Of a stretch of 64,000 nucleotides of DNA, positions 1 through 15,000 are shown piece by piece. The stretch's first letter is position 1. Each line of letters opens with the position of its first letter. The position numbers were made by a program, and so were the translations under genes. The stretch is taken from NCBI GenBank assembly GCA_964016885.1, contig OZ024763.1, positions 16,616,001 through 16,680,000 of the forward strand, written 5' to 3'. The DNA comes from Eledone cirrhosa (taxonomy: Eukaryota). The notes beneath the pieces were generated by a model. That model had not been told where the DNA came from. It did not search any database and worked only from the letters and a program-made list of their open reading frames with translations.

Positions 1-3000
1 GCTGTTGATTCTGGGTTTAATTCTCATCTCTGACCATCAACAGACAGTTGCATGGACCAGCAGTGTCTGTAGCTGTTGATTCTGGGTTTAATTCTCATCT
101 CTGACCATCAACAGACAGTTGCATGGACCAGCAGTGTCTGTAGCTGTTGATTCTGGGTTTAATTCTCATCTCTGACCATCAACAGACAGTTGCATGGACC
201 AGCAGTGTCTGTAGCTGTTGATTCTGGGTTTAATTCTCATCTCTGACCATCTGTAGACAGTTGCATGGACCAGCAGTGTCTGTAGCTGTTGATTCTGGGT
301 TTAATTCTCATCTCTGACCATCAACAGACAGTTGCATGGACCAGCAGTGTCTGTAGCTGTTGATTCAGGGTTTAATTCTCATCTCTGACCATCAACAGAC
401 AGTTGCATGGACCAGCAGTGTCTGTAGCTGTTGATTCTGGGTTTAATTCTCATCTCTGACCATCAACAGACAGTTGCATGGACCAGCAGTGTCTGTAGCT
501 GTTGATTCTGGGTTTAATTCTCATCTCTGACCATCAACAGACAGTTGCATGGACCAGCAGTGTCTGTAGCTGTTGATTCTGGGTTTAATTCTCATCTCTG
601 ACCATCAACAGACAGTTGCATGGACCAGCAGTGTCTGTAGCTGTTGATTCTGGGTTTAATTCTCATCTCTGACCATCAACAGACAGTTGCATGGACCAGC
701 AGTGTCTGTAGCTGTTGATTCTGGATTTAATTCTCATCTCTGATCATCAACAGACAGTTGCATGGACCAGCAGTGTCTGTAGCTGTTGATTCTGGATTTA
801 ATTCTCATCTCTGATCATCAACAGACAGTTGCATGGACCAGCAGTGTCTGTAGCTGTTGATTCTGGATTTAATTCTCATCTCTGATCATCAACAGACAGT
901 TGCATGGACCAGCAGTGTCTGTAGCTGTTGATTCTGGATTTAATTCTCATCTCTGATCATCAACAGACAGTTGCATGGACCAGCAGTGTCTGTAGCTGTT
1001 GATTCTGGATTTAATTCTCATCTCTGACCATCAACAGACAGTTACATGGACCAGCAGTGTCTGTAGCTGTTGATTCAGGGTTTAATTCTCATCTCTGATC
1101 ATCAACAGACAGTTGCATGGACCAGCAGTGTCTGTAGCTGTTGATTCAGGGTTTAATTCTCATCTCTGACCATCAACAGACAGTTTCATGGACCAGCAGT
1201 GTCTGTAGCTGTTGATTCAGGGTTTAATTCTCATCTCTGACCATCAACAGACAGCTGCATGGACCAGCAGTGTCTGTAGCTGTTGATTCTGGGTTTAATT
1301 CTCATCTCTGATCATCAACAGACAGTTGCATGGACCAGCAGTGTCTGTAGCTGTTGATTCAGGGTTTAATTCTCATCTCTGATCATCAACAGACAGTTGC
1401 ATGGACCAGCAGTGTCTGTAGCTGTTGATTCAGGGTTTAATTCTCATCTCTGACCATCAACAGACAGTTGCATGGACCAGCAGTGTCTGTAGCTGTTGAT
1501 TCAGGGTTTAATTCTCATCTCTGACCATCAACAGACAGTTGCATGGACCAGCAGTGTCTGTAGCTGTTGATTCAGGGTTTAATTCTCATCTCTGACCATC
1601 AACAGACAGTTGCATGGACCAGCAGTGTCTGTAGCTGTTGATTCAGGGTTTAATTCTCATCTCTGATCATCAACAGACAGTTGCATGGACCAGCAGTGTC
1701 TGTAGCTGTTGATTCTGGGTTTAATTCTCATCTCTGATCATCAACAGACAGTTGCATGGACCAGCAGTGTCTGTAGCTGTTGATTCAGGGTTTAATTCTC
1801 ATCTCTGACCATCAACAGACAGTTGCATGGACCAGCAGTGTCTGTAGCTGTGGATTCAGGGTTTAATTCTCATCTCTGACCATCAACAGACAGTTGCATG
1901 GACCAGCAGTGTCTGTAGCTGTTGATTCTGGGTTTAATTCTCATCTCTGATCATCAACAGACAGTTGCATGGACCAGCAGTGTCTGTAGCTGTTGATTCT
2001 GGGTTTAATTCTCATCTCTGATCATCAACAGACAGTTGCATGGACCAGCAGTGTCTGTAGCTGTTGATTCAGGGTTTAATTCTCATCTCTGACCATCAAC
2101 AGACAGTTGCATGGACCAGCAATGTCTGTAGCTGTTGATTCTGGATTTAATTCTCATCTCTGATCATCAACAGACAGTTGCATGGACCAGCAGTGTCTGT
2201 AGCTGTTGATTCTCGGTTTAATTCTCATCTCTGATCATCAACAGACAGTTGCATGGACCAGCAGTGTCTGTAGCTGTTGATTCTGGGTTTAATTCTCATC
2301 TCTGATCATCAACAGACAGTTGCATGGACCAGCAGTGTCTGTAGCTGTTGATTCAGGGTTTAATTCTCATCTCTGACCATCAACAGACAGTTGCATGGAC
2401 CAGCAGTGTCTGTAGCTGTTGATTCTGGATTTAATTCTCATCTCTGACCATCAACAGACAGTTACATGGACCAGCAGTGTCTGTAGCTGTTGATTCAGGG
2501 TTTAATTCTCATCTCTGATCATCAACAGACAGTTGCATGGACCAGCAGTGTCTGTAGCTGTTGATTCAGGGTTTAATTCTCATCTCTGACCATCAACAGA
2601 CAGTTGCATGGACCAGCAGTGTCTGTAGCTGTTGATTCTGGGTTTAATTCTCCTCTCTGATCATCAACAGACAGTTGCATGGACCAGCAGTGTCTGTAGC
2701 TGTTGATTCAGGGTTTAATTCTCATCTCTGACCATCAACAGACAGTTGCATGGACCAGCAGTGTCTGTAGCTGTTGATTCTGGGTTTAATTCTCATCTCT
2801 GATCATCAACAGACAGTTGCATGGACCAGCAGTGTCTGTAGCTGTTGATTCAGGGTTTAATTCTCATCTCTGATCATCAACAGACAGTTGCATGGACCAG
2901 CAGTGTCTGTAGCTGTTGATTCTGGGTTTAATTCTCATCTCTGATCATCAACAGACAGTTGCATGGACCAGCAGTGTCTATAGCTGTTGATTCAGGGTTT

Positions 3001-6000
3001 AATTCTCATCTCTGACCATCAACAGACAGTTGCATGGACCAGCAGTGTCTGTAGCTGTTGATTCAGGGTTTAATTCTCATCTCTGACCATCAACAGACAG
3101 TTGCATGGACCAGCAGTGTCTGTAGCTGTTGATTCTGGGTTTAATTCTCATCTCTGATCATCAACAGACAGTTGCATGGACCAGCAGTGTCTGTAGCTGT
3201 TGATTCAGGGTTTAATTCTCATCTCTGACCATCAACAGACAGTTGCATGGACCAGCAGTGTCTGTAGCTGTTGATTCAGGGTTTAATTCTCATCTCTGAC
3301 CATCAACAGACAGTTGCATGGACCAGCAGTGTCTGTAGCTGTTGATTCTGGGTTTAATTCTCATCTCTGATCATCAACAGACAGTTGCATGGACCAGCAG
3401 TGTCTGTAGCTGTTGATTCAGGGTTTAATTCTCATCTCTGACCATCAACAGACAGTTGCATGGACCAGCAGTGTCTGTAGCTGTTGATTCTGGATTTAAT
3501 TCTCATCTCTGATCATCAACAGACAGTTGCATGGACCAGCAGTGTCTGTAGCTGTTGATTCTCAGTTTAATTCTCATCTCTGATCATCAACAGACAGTTG
3601 CATGGACCAGCAGTGTCTGTAGCTGTTGATTCTGGGTTTAATTCTCATCTCTGATCATCAACAGACAGTTGCATGGACCAGCAGCGTCTGTAGCTGTTGA
3701 TTCAGGGTTTAATTCTCATCTCTGACCATCAACAGACAGTTGCATGGACCAGCAGTGTCTGTAGCTGTTGATTCTCGGTTTAATTCTCATCTCTGATCAT
3801 CAACAGACAGTTGCATGGACCAGCAGTGTCTGTAGCTGTTGATTCAGGGTTTAATTCTCATCTCTGACCATCAACAGACAGTTGCATGGACCAGCAGTGT
3901 CTGTAGCTGTTGATTCTGGGTTTAATTCTCATCTCTGACCATCAACAGACAGTTGCATGGACCAGCAGTGTCTGTAGCTGTTGATTCAGGGTTTAATTCT
4001 CATCTCTGACCATCAACAGACAGTTGCATGGACCAGCAGTGTCTGTAGCTGTTGATTCAGGGTTTAATTCTCATCTCTGACCATCAACAGACAGTTGCAT
4101 GGACCAGCAGTGTCTGTAGCTGTTGATTCTGGGTTTAATTCTCATCTCTGACCATCAACAGACAGTTGCATGGACCAGCAGTGTCTGTAGCTGTTGATTC
4201 TGGGTTTAATTCTCATCTCTGACCATCAACAGACAGTTGCATGGACCAGCAGTGTCTGTAGCTGTTGATTCTGGGTTTAATTCTCATCTCTGATCATCAA
4301 CAGACAGTTGCATGGACCAGCAGTGTCTGTAGCTGTTGATTCTTGGTTTAATTCTCATCTCTGATCATCAACAGACAGTTGCATGGACCAACAGTGTCTG
4401 TAGCTGTTGATTCAGGGTTTAATTCTCATATCTGATCATCAACAGACAGTTACATGGACCAGCAGTGTCTGTAGCTGTTGATTCTCGGTCTAATTCTCAT
4501 CTCTGACCATCAACAGACAGTTGCATGGACCAGCAGTGTCTGTAGCTGTTGATTCTTGGTCTAATTCTCATCTCTGATCATCTGTAGACAGTTGCATGGA
4601 CCAGCAGTGTCTGTAGCTGTTGATTCTCGGTTTAATTCTCATCTCTGATCATCAACAGACAGTTGCATGGACCAGCAGTGTCTGTAGCTGTTGATTCTCG
4701 GTTTAATTCTCATCTCTGATCATCAACAGACAGTTGTATGGACCAGCAGTGTCTGTAGCTGTTGATTCTTGGTTTAATTCTCATCTCTGATCATCAACAG
4801 ACAGTTGCATGGACCAACAGTGTCTGTAGCTGTTGATTCTCGGTCTAATTCTCATCTCTGATCATCTGTAGACAGTTGCATGGACCAGCAGTGTCTGTAG
4901 CTGTTGATTCTCGGTTTAATTCTCATCTCTGATCATCAGCAGACAGTTGCATTGACCAACAGTGTCTGTAGCTGTTGATTCTGGGTTTAATTCTCATCTC
5001 TGACCATCAACAGACAGTTGCATGGACCAGCAGTGTCTGTAGCTATTGATTCTCGGTTTAATTCTCATCTCTGATCATCAGTAGACAGTTGCATGGACCA
5101 GCAGTGTCTGTAGCTGTTGATTCTTGGTTTAATTCTCATCTCTGACCATCAACAGACAGTTGCATGGACCAGCAGTGTCTGTAGCTGTTGATTCTTGGTC
5201 TAATTCTCATCTCTGATCATCTGTAGACAGTTGCATGGACCAGCAGTGTCTGTAGCTGTTGATTCTCGGTCTAATTCTCATCTCTGATCATCTGTAGACA
5301 GTTGCATGGACCAGCAGTGTCTGTAGCTGTTGATTCTGGGTTTAATTCTCATCTCTGATCATCAACAGACAGTTGCATGGACCAGCAGTGTCTGTAGCTG
5401 TTGATTCTTGGTTTAATTCTCATCTCTGATCATCAACAGACAGTTGCATGGACCAACAGTGTCTGTAGCTGTTGATTCAGGGTTTAATTCTCATCTCTGA
5501 TCATCAACAGACAGTTGCATGGACCAGCAGTGTCTGTAGCTGTTGATTCTCGGTTTAATTCTCATCTCTGATCATCAACAGACAGTTGCATGGACCAGCA
5601 GTGTCTGTAGCTGTTGATTCTCGGTTTAATTCTCATCTCTGACCATCAACAGACAGTTGCATGGACCAGCAGTGTCTGTAGCTGTTGATTCTGGGTTTAA
5701 TTCTCATCTCTGACCATCAACAGACAGTTGCATGGACCAGCAGTGTCTGTAGCTGTTGATTCTGGGTTTAATTCTCATCTCTGACCATCAACAGACAGTT
5801 GCATGGACCAGCAGTGTCTGTAGCTGTTGATTCTGGGTTTAATTCTCATCTCTGACCATCAACAGACAGTTGCATGGACCAGCAGTGTCTGTAGCTGTTG
5901 ATTCTGGGTTTAATTCTCATCTCTGACCATCAACAGACAGTTGCATGGACCAGCAGTGTCTGTAGCTGTTGATTCTGGGTTTAATTCTCATCTCTGACCA

Positions 6001-9000
6001 TCTGTAGACAGTTGCATGGACCAGCAGTGTCTGTAGCTGTTGATTCTGGGTTTAATTCTCATCTCTGACCATCAACAGACAGTTGCATGGACCAGCAGTG
6101 TCTGTAGCTGTTGATTCAGGGTTTAATTCTCATCTCTGACCATCAACAGACAGTTGCATGGACCAGCAGTGTCTGTAGCTGTTGATTCTGGGTTTAATTC
6201 TCATCTCTGACCATCAACAGACAGTTGCATGGACCAGCAGTGTCTGTAGCTGTTGATTCTGGGTTTAATTCTCATCTCTGACCATCAACAGACAGTTGCA
6301 TGGACCAGCAGTGTCTGTAGCTGTTGATTCTGGGTTTAATTCTCATCTCTGACCATCAACAGACAGTTGCATGGACCAGCAGTGTCTGTAGCTGTTGATT
6401 CTGGGTTTAATTCTCATCTCTGACCATCAACAGACAGTTGCATGGACCAGCAGTGTCTGTAGCTGTTGATTCTGGATTTAATTCTCATCTCTGATCATCA
6501 ACAGACAGTTGCATGGACCAGCAGTGTCTGTAGCTGTTGATTCTGGATTTAATTCTCATCTCTGATCATCAACAGACAGTTGCATGGACCAGCAGTGTCT
6601 GTAGCTGTTGATTCTGGATTTAATTCTCATCTCTGATCATCAACAGACAGTTGCATGGACCAGCAGTGTCTGTAGCTGTTGATTCTGGATTTAATTCTCA
6701 TCTCTGATCATCAACAGACAGTTGCATGGACCAGCAGTGTCTGTAGCTGTTGATTCTGGATTTAATTCTCATCTCTGACCATCAACAGACAGTTACATGG
6801 ACCAGCAGTGTCTGTAGCTGTTGATTCAGGGTTTAATTCTCATCTCTGATCATCAACAGACAGTTGCATGGACCAGCAGTGTCTGTAGCTGTTGATTCAG
6901 GGTTTAATTCTCATCTCTGACCATCAACAGACAGTTTCATGGACCAGCAGTGTCTGTAGCTGTTGATTCAGGGTTTAATTCTCATCTCTGACCATCAACA
7001 GACAGCTGCATGGACCAGCAGTGTCTGTAGCTGTTGATTCTGGGTTTAATTCTCATCTCTGATCATCAACAGACAGTTGCATGGACCAGCAGTGTCTGTA
7101 GCTGTTGATTCAGGGTTTAATTCTCATCTCTGATCATCAACAGACAGTTGCATGGACCAGCAGTGTCTGTAGCTGTTGATTCAGGGTTTAATTCTCATCT
7201 CTGACCATCAACAGACAGTTGCATGGACCAGCAGTGTCTGTAGCTGTTGATTCAGGGTTTAATTCTCATCTCTGACCATCAACAGACAGTTGCATGGACC
7301 AGCAGTGTCTGTAGCTGTTGATTCAGGGTTTAATTCTCATCTCTGACCATCAACAGACAGTTGCATGGACCAGCAGTGTCTGTAGCTGTTGATTCAGGGT
7401 TTAATTCTCATCTCTGATCATCAACAGACAGTTGCATGGACCAGCAGTGTCTGTAGCTGTTGATTCTGGGTTTAATTCTCATCTCTGATCATCAACAGAC
7501 AGTTGCATGGACCAGCAGTGTCTGTAGCTGTTGATTCAGGGTTTAATTCTCATCTCTGACCATCAACAGACAGTTGCATGGACCAGCAGTGTCTGTAGCT
7601 GTGGATTCAGGGTTTAATTCTCATCTCTGACCATCAACAGACAGTTGCATGGACCAGCAGTGTCTGTAGCTGTTGATTCTGGGTTTAATTCTCATCTCTG
7701 ATCATCAACAGACAGTTGCATGGACCAGCAGTGTCTGTAGCTGTTGATTCTGGGTTTAATTCTCATCTCTGATCATCAACAGACAGTTGCATGGACCAGC
7801 AGTGTCTGTAGCTGTTGATTCAGGGTTTAATTCTCATCTCTGACCATCAACAGACAGTTGCATGGACCAGCAATGTCTGTAGCTGTTGATTCTGGATTTA
7901 ATTCTCATCTCTGATCATCAACAGACAGTTGCATGGACCAGCAGTGTCTGTAGCTGTTGATTCTCGGTTTAATTCTCATCTCTGATCATCAACAGACAGT
8001 TGCATGGACCAGCAGTGTCTGTAGCTGTTGATTCTGGGTTTAATTCTCATCTCTCATCATCAACAGACAGTTGCATGGACCAGCAGTGTCTGTAGCTGTT
8101 GATTCAGGGTTTAATTCTCATCTCTGACCATCAACAGACAGTTGCATGGACCAGCAGTGTCTGTAGCTGTTGATTCTGGATTTAATTCTCATCTCTGACC
8201 ATCAACAGACAGTTACATGGACCAGCAGTGTCTGTAGCTGTTGATTCAGGGTTTAATTCTCATCTCTGATCATCAACAGACAGTTGCATGGACCAGCAGT
8301 GTCTGTAGCTGTTGATTCAGGGTTTAATTCTCATCTCTGACCATCAACAGACAGTTGCATGGACCAGCAGTGTCTGTAGCTGTTGATTCTGGGTTTAATT
8401 CTCCTCTCTGATCATCAACAGACAGTTGCATGGACCAGCAGTGTCTGTAGCTGTTGATTCAGGGTTTAATTCTCATCTCTGACCATCAACAGACAGTTGC
8501 ATGGACCAGCAGTGTCTGTAGCTGTTGATTCTGGGTTTAATTCTCATCTCTGATCATCAACAGACAGTTGCATGGACCAGCAGTGTCTGTAGCTGTTGAT
8601 TCAGGGTTTAATTCTCATCTCTGATCATCAACAGACAGTTGCATGGACCAGCAGTGTCTGTAGCTGTTGATTCTGGGTTTAATTCTCATCTCTGATCATC
8701 AACAGACAGTTGCATGGACCAGCAGTGTCTATAGCTGTTGATTCAGGGTTTAATTCTCATCTCTGACCATCAACAGACAGTTGCATGGACCAGCAGTGTC
8801 TGTAGCTGTTGATTCAGGGTTTAATTCTCATCTCTGACCATCAACAGACAGTTGCATGGACCAGCAGTGTCTGTAGCTGTTGATTCTGGGTTTAATTCTC
8901 ATCTCTGATCATCAACAGACAGTTGCATGGACCAGCAGTGTCTGTAGCTGTTGATTCAGGGTTTAATTCTCATCTCTGACCATCAACAGACAGTTGCATG

Positions 9001-12000
9001 GACCAGCAGTGTCTGTAGCTGTTGATTCAGGGTTTAATTCTCATCTCTGACCATCAACAGACAGTTGCATGGACCAGCAGTGTCTGTAGCTGTTGATTCT
9101 GGGTTTAATTCTCATCTCTGATCATCAACAGACAGTTGCATGGACCAGCAGTGTCTGTAGCTGTTGATTCAGGGTTTAATTCTCATCTCTGACCATCAAC
9201 AGACAGTTGCATGGACCAGCAGTGTCTGTAGCTGTTGATTCTGGATTTAATTCTCATCTCTGATCATCAACAGACAGTTGCATGGACCAGCAGTGTCTGT
9301 AGCTGTTGATTCTCAGTTTAATTCTCATCTCTGATCATCAACAGACAGTTGCATGGACCAGCAGTGTCTGTAGCTGTTGATTCTGGGTTTAATTCTCATC
9401 TCTGATCATCAACAGACAGTTGCATGGACCAGCAGTGTCTGTAGCTGTTGATTCAGGGTTTAATTCTCATCTCTGACCATCAACAGACAGTTGCATGGAC
9501 CAGCAGTGTCTGTAGCTGTTGATTCTCGGTTTAATTCTCATCTCTGATCATCAACAGACAGTTGCATGGACCAGCAGTGTCTGTAGCTGTTGATTCAGGG
9601 TTTAATTCTCATCTCTGACCATCAACAGACAGTTGCATGGACCAGCAGTGTCTGTAGCTGTTGATTCTGGGTTTAATTCTCATCTCTGACCATCAACAGA
9701 CAGTTGCATGGACCAGCAGTGTCTGTAGCTGTTGATTCAGGGTTTAATTCTCATCTCTGACCATCAACAGACAGTTGCATGGACCAGCAGTGTCTGTAGC
9801 TGTTGATTCAGGGTTTAATTCTCATCTCTGACCATCAACAGACAGTTGCATGGACCAGCAGTGTCTGTAGCTGTTGATTCTGGGTTTAATTCTCATCTCT
9901 GACCATCAACAGACAGTTGCATGGACCAGCAGTGTCTGTAGCTGTTGATTCTGGATTTAATTCTCATCTCTGATCATCAACAGACAGTTGCATGGACCAG
10001 CAGTGTCTGTAGCTGTTGATTCTGGATTTAATTCTCATCTCTGACCATCAACAGACAGTTACATGGACCAGCAGTGTCTGTAGCTGTTGATTCAGGGTTT
10101 AATTCTCATCTCTGATCATCAACAGACAGTTGCATGGACCAGCAGTGTCTGTAGCTGTTGATTCAGGGTTTAATTCTCATCTCTGACCATCAACAGACAG
10201 TTTCATGGACCAGCAGTGTCTGTAGCTGTTGATTCAGGGTTTAATTCTCATCTCTGACCATCAACAGACAGCTGCATGGACCAGCAGTGTCTGTAGCTGT
10301 TGATTCTGGGTTTAATTCTCATCTCTGATCATCAACAGACAGTTGCATGGACCAGCAGTGTCTGTAGCTGTTGATTGAGGGTTTAATTCTCATCTCTGAC
10401 CATCAACAGACAGTTGCATGGACCAGCAGTGTCTGTAGCTGTTGATTCTGGGTTTAATTCTCATCTCTGACCATCAACAGACAGTTGCATGGACCAGCAG
10501 TGTCTGTAGCTGTTGATTCAGGGTTTAATTCTCATCTCTGACCATCAACAGACAGTTGCATGGACCAGCAGTGTCTGTAGCTGTTGATTCTGGGTTTAAT
10601 TCTCATCTCTGACCATCAACAGACAGTTGCATGGACCAGCAGTGTCTGTAGCTGTTGATTCTGGGTTTAATTCTCATCTCTGACCATCAACAGACAGTTG
10701 CATGGACCAGCAGTGTCTGTAGCTGTTGATTCTGGATTTAATTCTCATCTCTGATCATCAACAGACAGTTGCATGGACCAGCAGTGTCTGTAGCTGTTGA
10801 TTCTCGGTTTAATTCTCATCTCTGATCATCAACAGACAGTTGCATGGACCAGCAGTGTCTGTAGCTGTTGATTCTGGGTTTAATTCTCATCTCTGATCAT
10901 CAACAGACAGTTGCATGGACCAGCAGTGTCTGTAGCTGTTGATTCAGGGTTTAATTCTCATCTCTGACCATCAACAGACAGTTGCATGGACCAGCAGTGT
11001 CTGTAGCTGTTGATTCAGGGTTTAATTCTCATCTCTGACCATCAACAGACAGTTGCATGGACCAGCAGTGTCTGTAGCTGTTGATTCTCGGTTTAATTCT
11101 CATCTCTGACCATCTGTAGACAGTTGCATGGACCAGCAGTGTCTGTAGCTGTTGATTCTCGGTTTAATTCTCATCTCTGACGATCAACAGACAGTTGCAT
11201 GGACCAGCAGTGTCTGTAGCTGTTGATTCAGGGTTTAATTCTCATCTCTGACCATCAACAGACAGTTGCATGGACCAGCAGTGTCTGTAGCTGTTGATTC
11301 AGGGTTTAATTCTCATCTCTGACCATCAACAGACAGTTGCATGGACCAGCAGTGTCTGTAGCTGTTGATTCAGGGTTTAATTCTCATCTCTGACCATCAA
11401 CAGACAGTTGCATGGACCAGCAGTGTCTGTAGCTGTTGATTCAGGGTTTAATTCTCATCTCTGACCATCAACAGACAGTTGCATGGACCAGCAGTGTCTG
11501 TAGCTGTTGATTCTCGGTTTAATTCTCATCTCTGACCATCTGTAGACAGTTGCATGGACCAGCAGTGTCTGTAGCTGTTGATTCTCGGTTTAATTCTCAT
11601 CTCTGACCATCAACAGACAGTTGCATGGACCAGCAGTGTCTGTAGCTGTTGATTCAGGGTTTAATTCTCATCTCTGACCATCAACAGACAGTTGCATGGA
11701 CCAGCAGTGTCTGTAGCTGTTGATTCAGGGTTTAATTCTCATCTCTGACCATCAACAGACAGTTGCATGGACCAGCAGTGTCTGTAGCTGTTGATTCTCG
11801 GTTTAATTCTCATCTCTGACCATCTGTAGACAGTTGCATGGACCAGCAGTGTCTGTAGCTGTTGATTCTCGGTTTAATTCTCATCTCTGACCATCAACAG
11901 ACAGTTGCATGGACCAGCAGTGTCTGTAGCTGTTGATTCAGGGTTTAATTCTCATCTCTGATCATCAACAGACAGTTGCATGTACGAGCAGTGTCTGTAG

Positions 12001-15000
12001 CTGTTGATTCTCGGTTTAATTCTCATCTCTGACCATCTGTAGACAGTTGCATGGACCAGCAGTGTCTGTAGCTGTTGATTCTGGGTTTAATTCTCATCTC
12101 TGATCATCAGCAGACAGTTGCATGGACCAGCAGTGTCTGTAGCTGTTGATTCTCGGTTTAATTCTCATCTTTGACCATCTGTAGACAGTTGCATGGACCA
12201 GCAGTGTCTGTAGCTGTTGATTCTGGGTTTAATTCTCATCTCTGACCATCAACAGACAGTTGCATGGACCAGCAGTGTCTGTAGCTGTTGATTCTGGGTT
12301 TAATTCTCATCTCTGACCATCAACAGACAGTTGCCTGGACCAGCAGTGTCTGTAGCTGTTGATTCTGGATTTAATTCTCATCTCTGATCATCAACAGACA
12401 GTTGCATGGACCAGCAGTGTCTGTAGCTGTTGATTCTGGATTTAATTCTCATCTCTGATCATCAACAGACAGTTGCATGGACCAGCAGTGTCTGTAGCTG
12501 TTGATTCTGGATTTAATTCTCATCTCTGACCATCAACAGACAGTTACATGGACCAGCAGTGTCTGTAGCTGTTGATTCAGGGTTTAATTCTCATCTCTGA
12601 TCATCAACAGACAGTTGCATGGACCAGCAGTGTCTGTAGCTGTTGATTCAGGGTTTAATTCTCATCTCTGACCATCAACAGACAGTTTCATGGACCAGCA
12701 GTGTCTGTAGCTGTTGATTCAGGGTTTAATTCTCATCTCTGACCATCAACAGACAGCTGCATGGACCAGCAGTGTCTGTAGCTGTTGATTCTGGGTTTAA
12801 TTCTCATCTCTGATCATCAACAGACAGTTGCATGGACCAGCAGTGTCTGTAGCTGTTGATTCTGGGTTTAATTCTCATCTCTGATCATCAACAGACAGTT
12901 GCATGGACCAGCAGTGTCTGTAGCTGTTGATTCAGGGTTTAATTCTCATCTCTGACCATCAACAGACAGTTGCATGGACCAGCAGTGTCTGTAGCTGTTG
13001 ATTCAGGGTTTAATTCTCATCTCTGACCATCAACAGACAGTTGCATGGACCAGCAGTGTCTGTAGCTGTTGATTCAGGGTTTAATTCTCATCTCTGACCA
13101 TCAACAGACAGTTGCATGGACCAGCAGTGTCTGTAGCTGTTGATTCTGGGTTTAATTCTCATCTCTGATCATCAACAGACAGTTGCATGGACCAGCAGTG
13201 TCTGTAGCTGTTGATTCAGGGTTTAATTCTCATCTCTGATCATCAACAGACAGTTGCATGGACCAGCAGTGTCTGTAGCTGTTGATTCTGGGTTTAATTC
13301 TCATCTCTGATCATCAACAGACAGTTGCATGGACCAGCAGTGTCTGTAGCTGTTGATTCAGGGTTTAATTCTCATCTCTGACCATCAACAGACAGTTGCA
13401 TGGACCAGCAGTGTCTGTAGCTGTTGATTCAGGGTTTAATTCTCATCTCTGACCATCAACAGACAGTTGCATGGACCAGCAGTGTCTGTAGCTGTTGATT
13501 CTGGGTTTAATTCTCATCTCTGATCATCAACAGACAGTTGCATGGACCAGCAGTGTCTGTAGCTGTTGATTCTGGGTTTAATTCTCATCTCTGATCATCA
13601 ACAGACAGTTGCATGGACCAGCAGTGTCTGTAGCTGTTGATTCAGGGTTTAATTCTCATCTCTGACCATCAACAGACAGTTGCATGGACCAGCAATGTCT
13701 GTAGCTGTTGATTCTGGATTTAATTCTCATCTCTGATCATCAACAGACAGTTGCATGGACCAGCAGTGTCTGTAGCTGTTGATTCTCGGTTTAATTCTCA
13801 TCTCTGATCATCAACAGACAGTTGCATGGACCAGCAGTGTCTGTAGCTGTTGATTCTGGGTTTAATTCTCATCTCTGATCATCAACAGACAGTTGCATGG
13901 ACCAGCAGTGTCTGTAGCTGTTGATTCAGGGTTTAATTCTCATCTCTGACCATCAACAGACAGTTGCATGGACCAGCAGTGTCTGTAGCTGTTGATTCTG
14001 GATTTAATTCTCATCTCTGACCATCAACAGACAGTTACATGGACCAGCAGTGTCTGTAGCTGTTGATTCAGGGTTTAATTCTCATCTCTGATCATCAACA
14101 GACAGTTGCATGGACCAGCAGTGTCTGTAGCTGTTGATTCAGGGTTTAATTCTCATCTCTGACCATCAACAGACAGTTGCATGGACCAGCAGTGTCTGTA
14201 GCTGTTGATTCTGGGTTTAATTCTCATCTCTGATCATCAACAGACAGTTGCATGGACCAGCAGTGTCTGTAGCTGTTGATTCAGGGTTTAATTCTCATCT
14301 CTGACCATCAACAGACAGTTGCATGGACCAGCAGTGTCTGTAGCTGTTGATTCTGGGTTTAATTCTCATCTCTGATCATCAACAGACAGTTGCATGGACC
14401 AGCAGTGTCTGTAGCTGTTGATTCAGGGTTTAATTCTCATCTCTGATCATCAACAGACAGTTGCATGGACCAGCAGTGTCTGTAGCTGTTGATTCTGGGT
14501 TTAATTCTCATCTCTGATCATCAACAGACAGTTGCATGGACCAGCAGTGTCTGTAGCTGTTGATTCAGGGTTTAATTCTCATCTCTGACCATCAACAGAC
14601 AGTTGCATGGACCAGCAGTGTCTGTAGCTGTTGATTCAGGGTTTAATTCTCATCTCTGACCATCAACAGACAGTTGCATGGACCAGCAGTGTCTGTAGCT
14701 GTTGATTCTGGGTTTAATTCTCATCTCTGATCATCAACAGACAGTTGCATGGACCAGCAGTGTCTGTAGCTGTTGATTCAGGGTTTAATTCTCATCTCTG
14801 ACCATCAACAGACAGTTGCATGGACCAGCAGTGTCTGTAGCTGTTGATTCAGGGTTTAATTCTCATCTCTGACCATCAACAGACAGTTGCATGGACCAGC
14901 AGTGTCTGTAGCTGTTGATTCTGGGTTTAATTCTCATCTCTGATCATCAACAGACAGTTGCATGGACCAGCAGTGTCTGTAGCTGTTGATTCAGGGTTTA

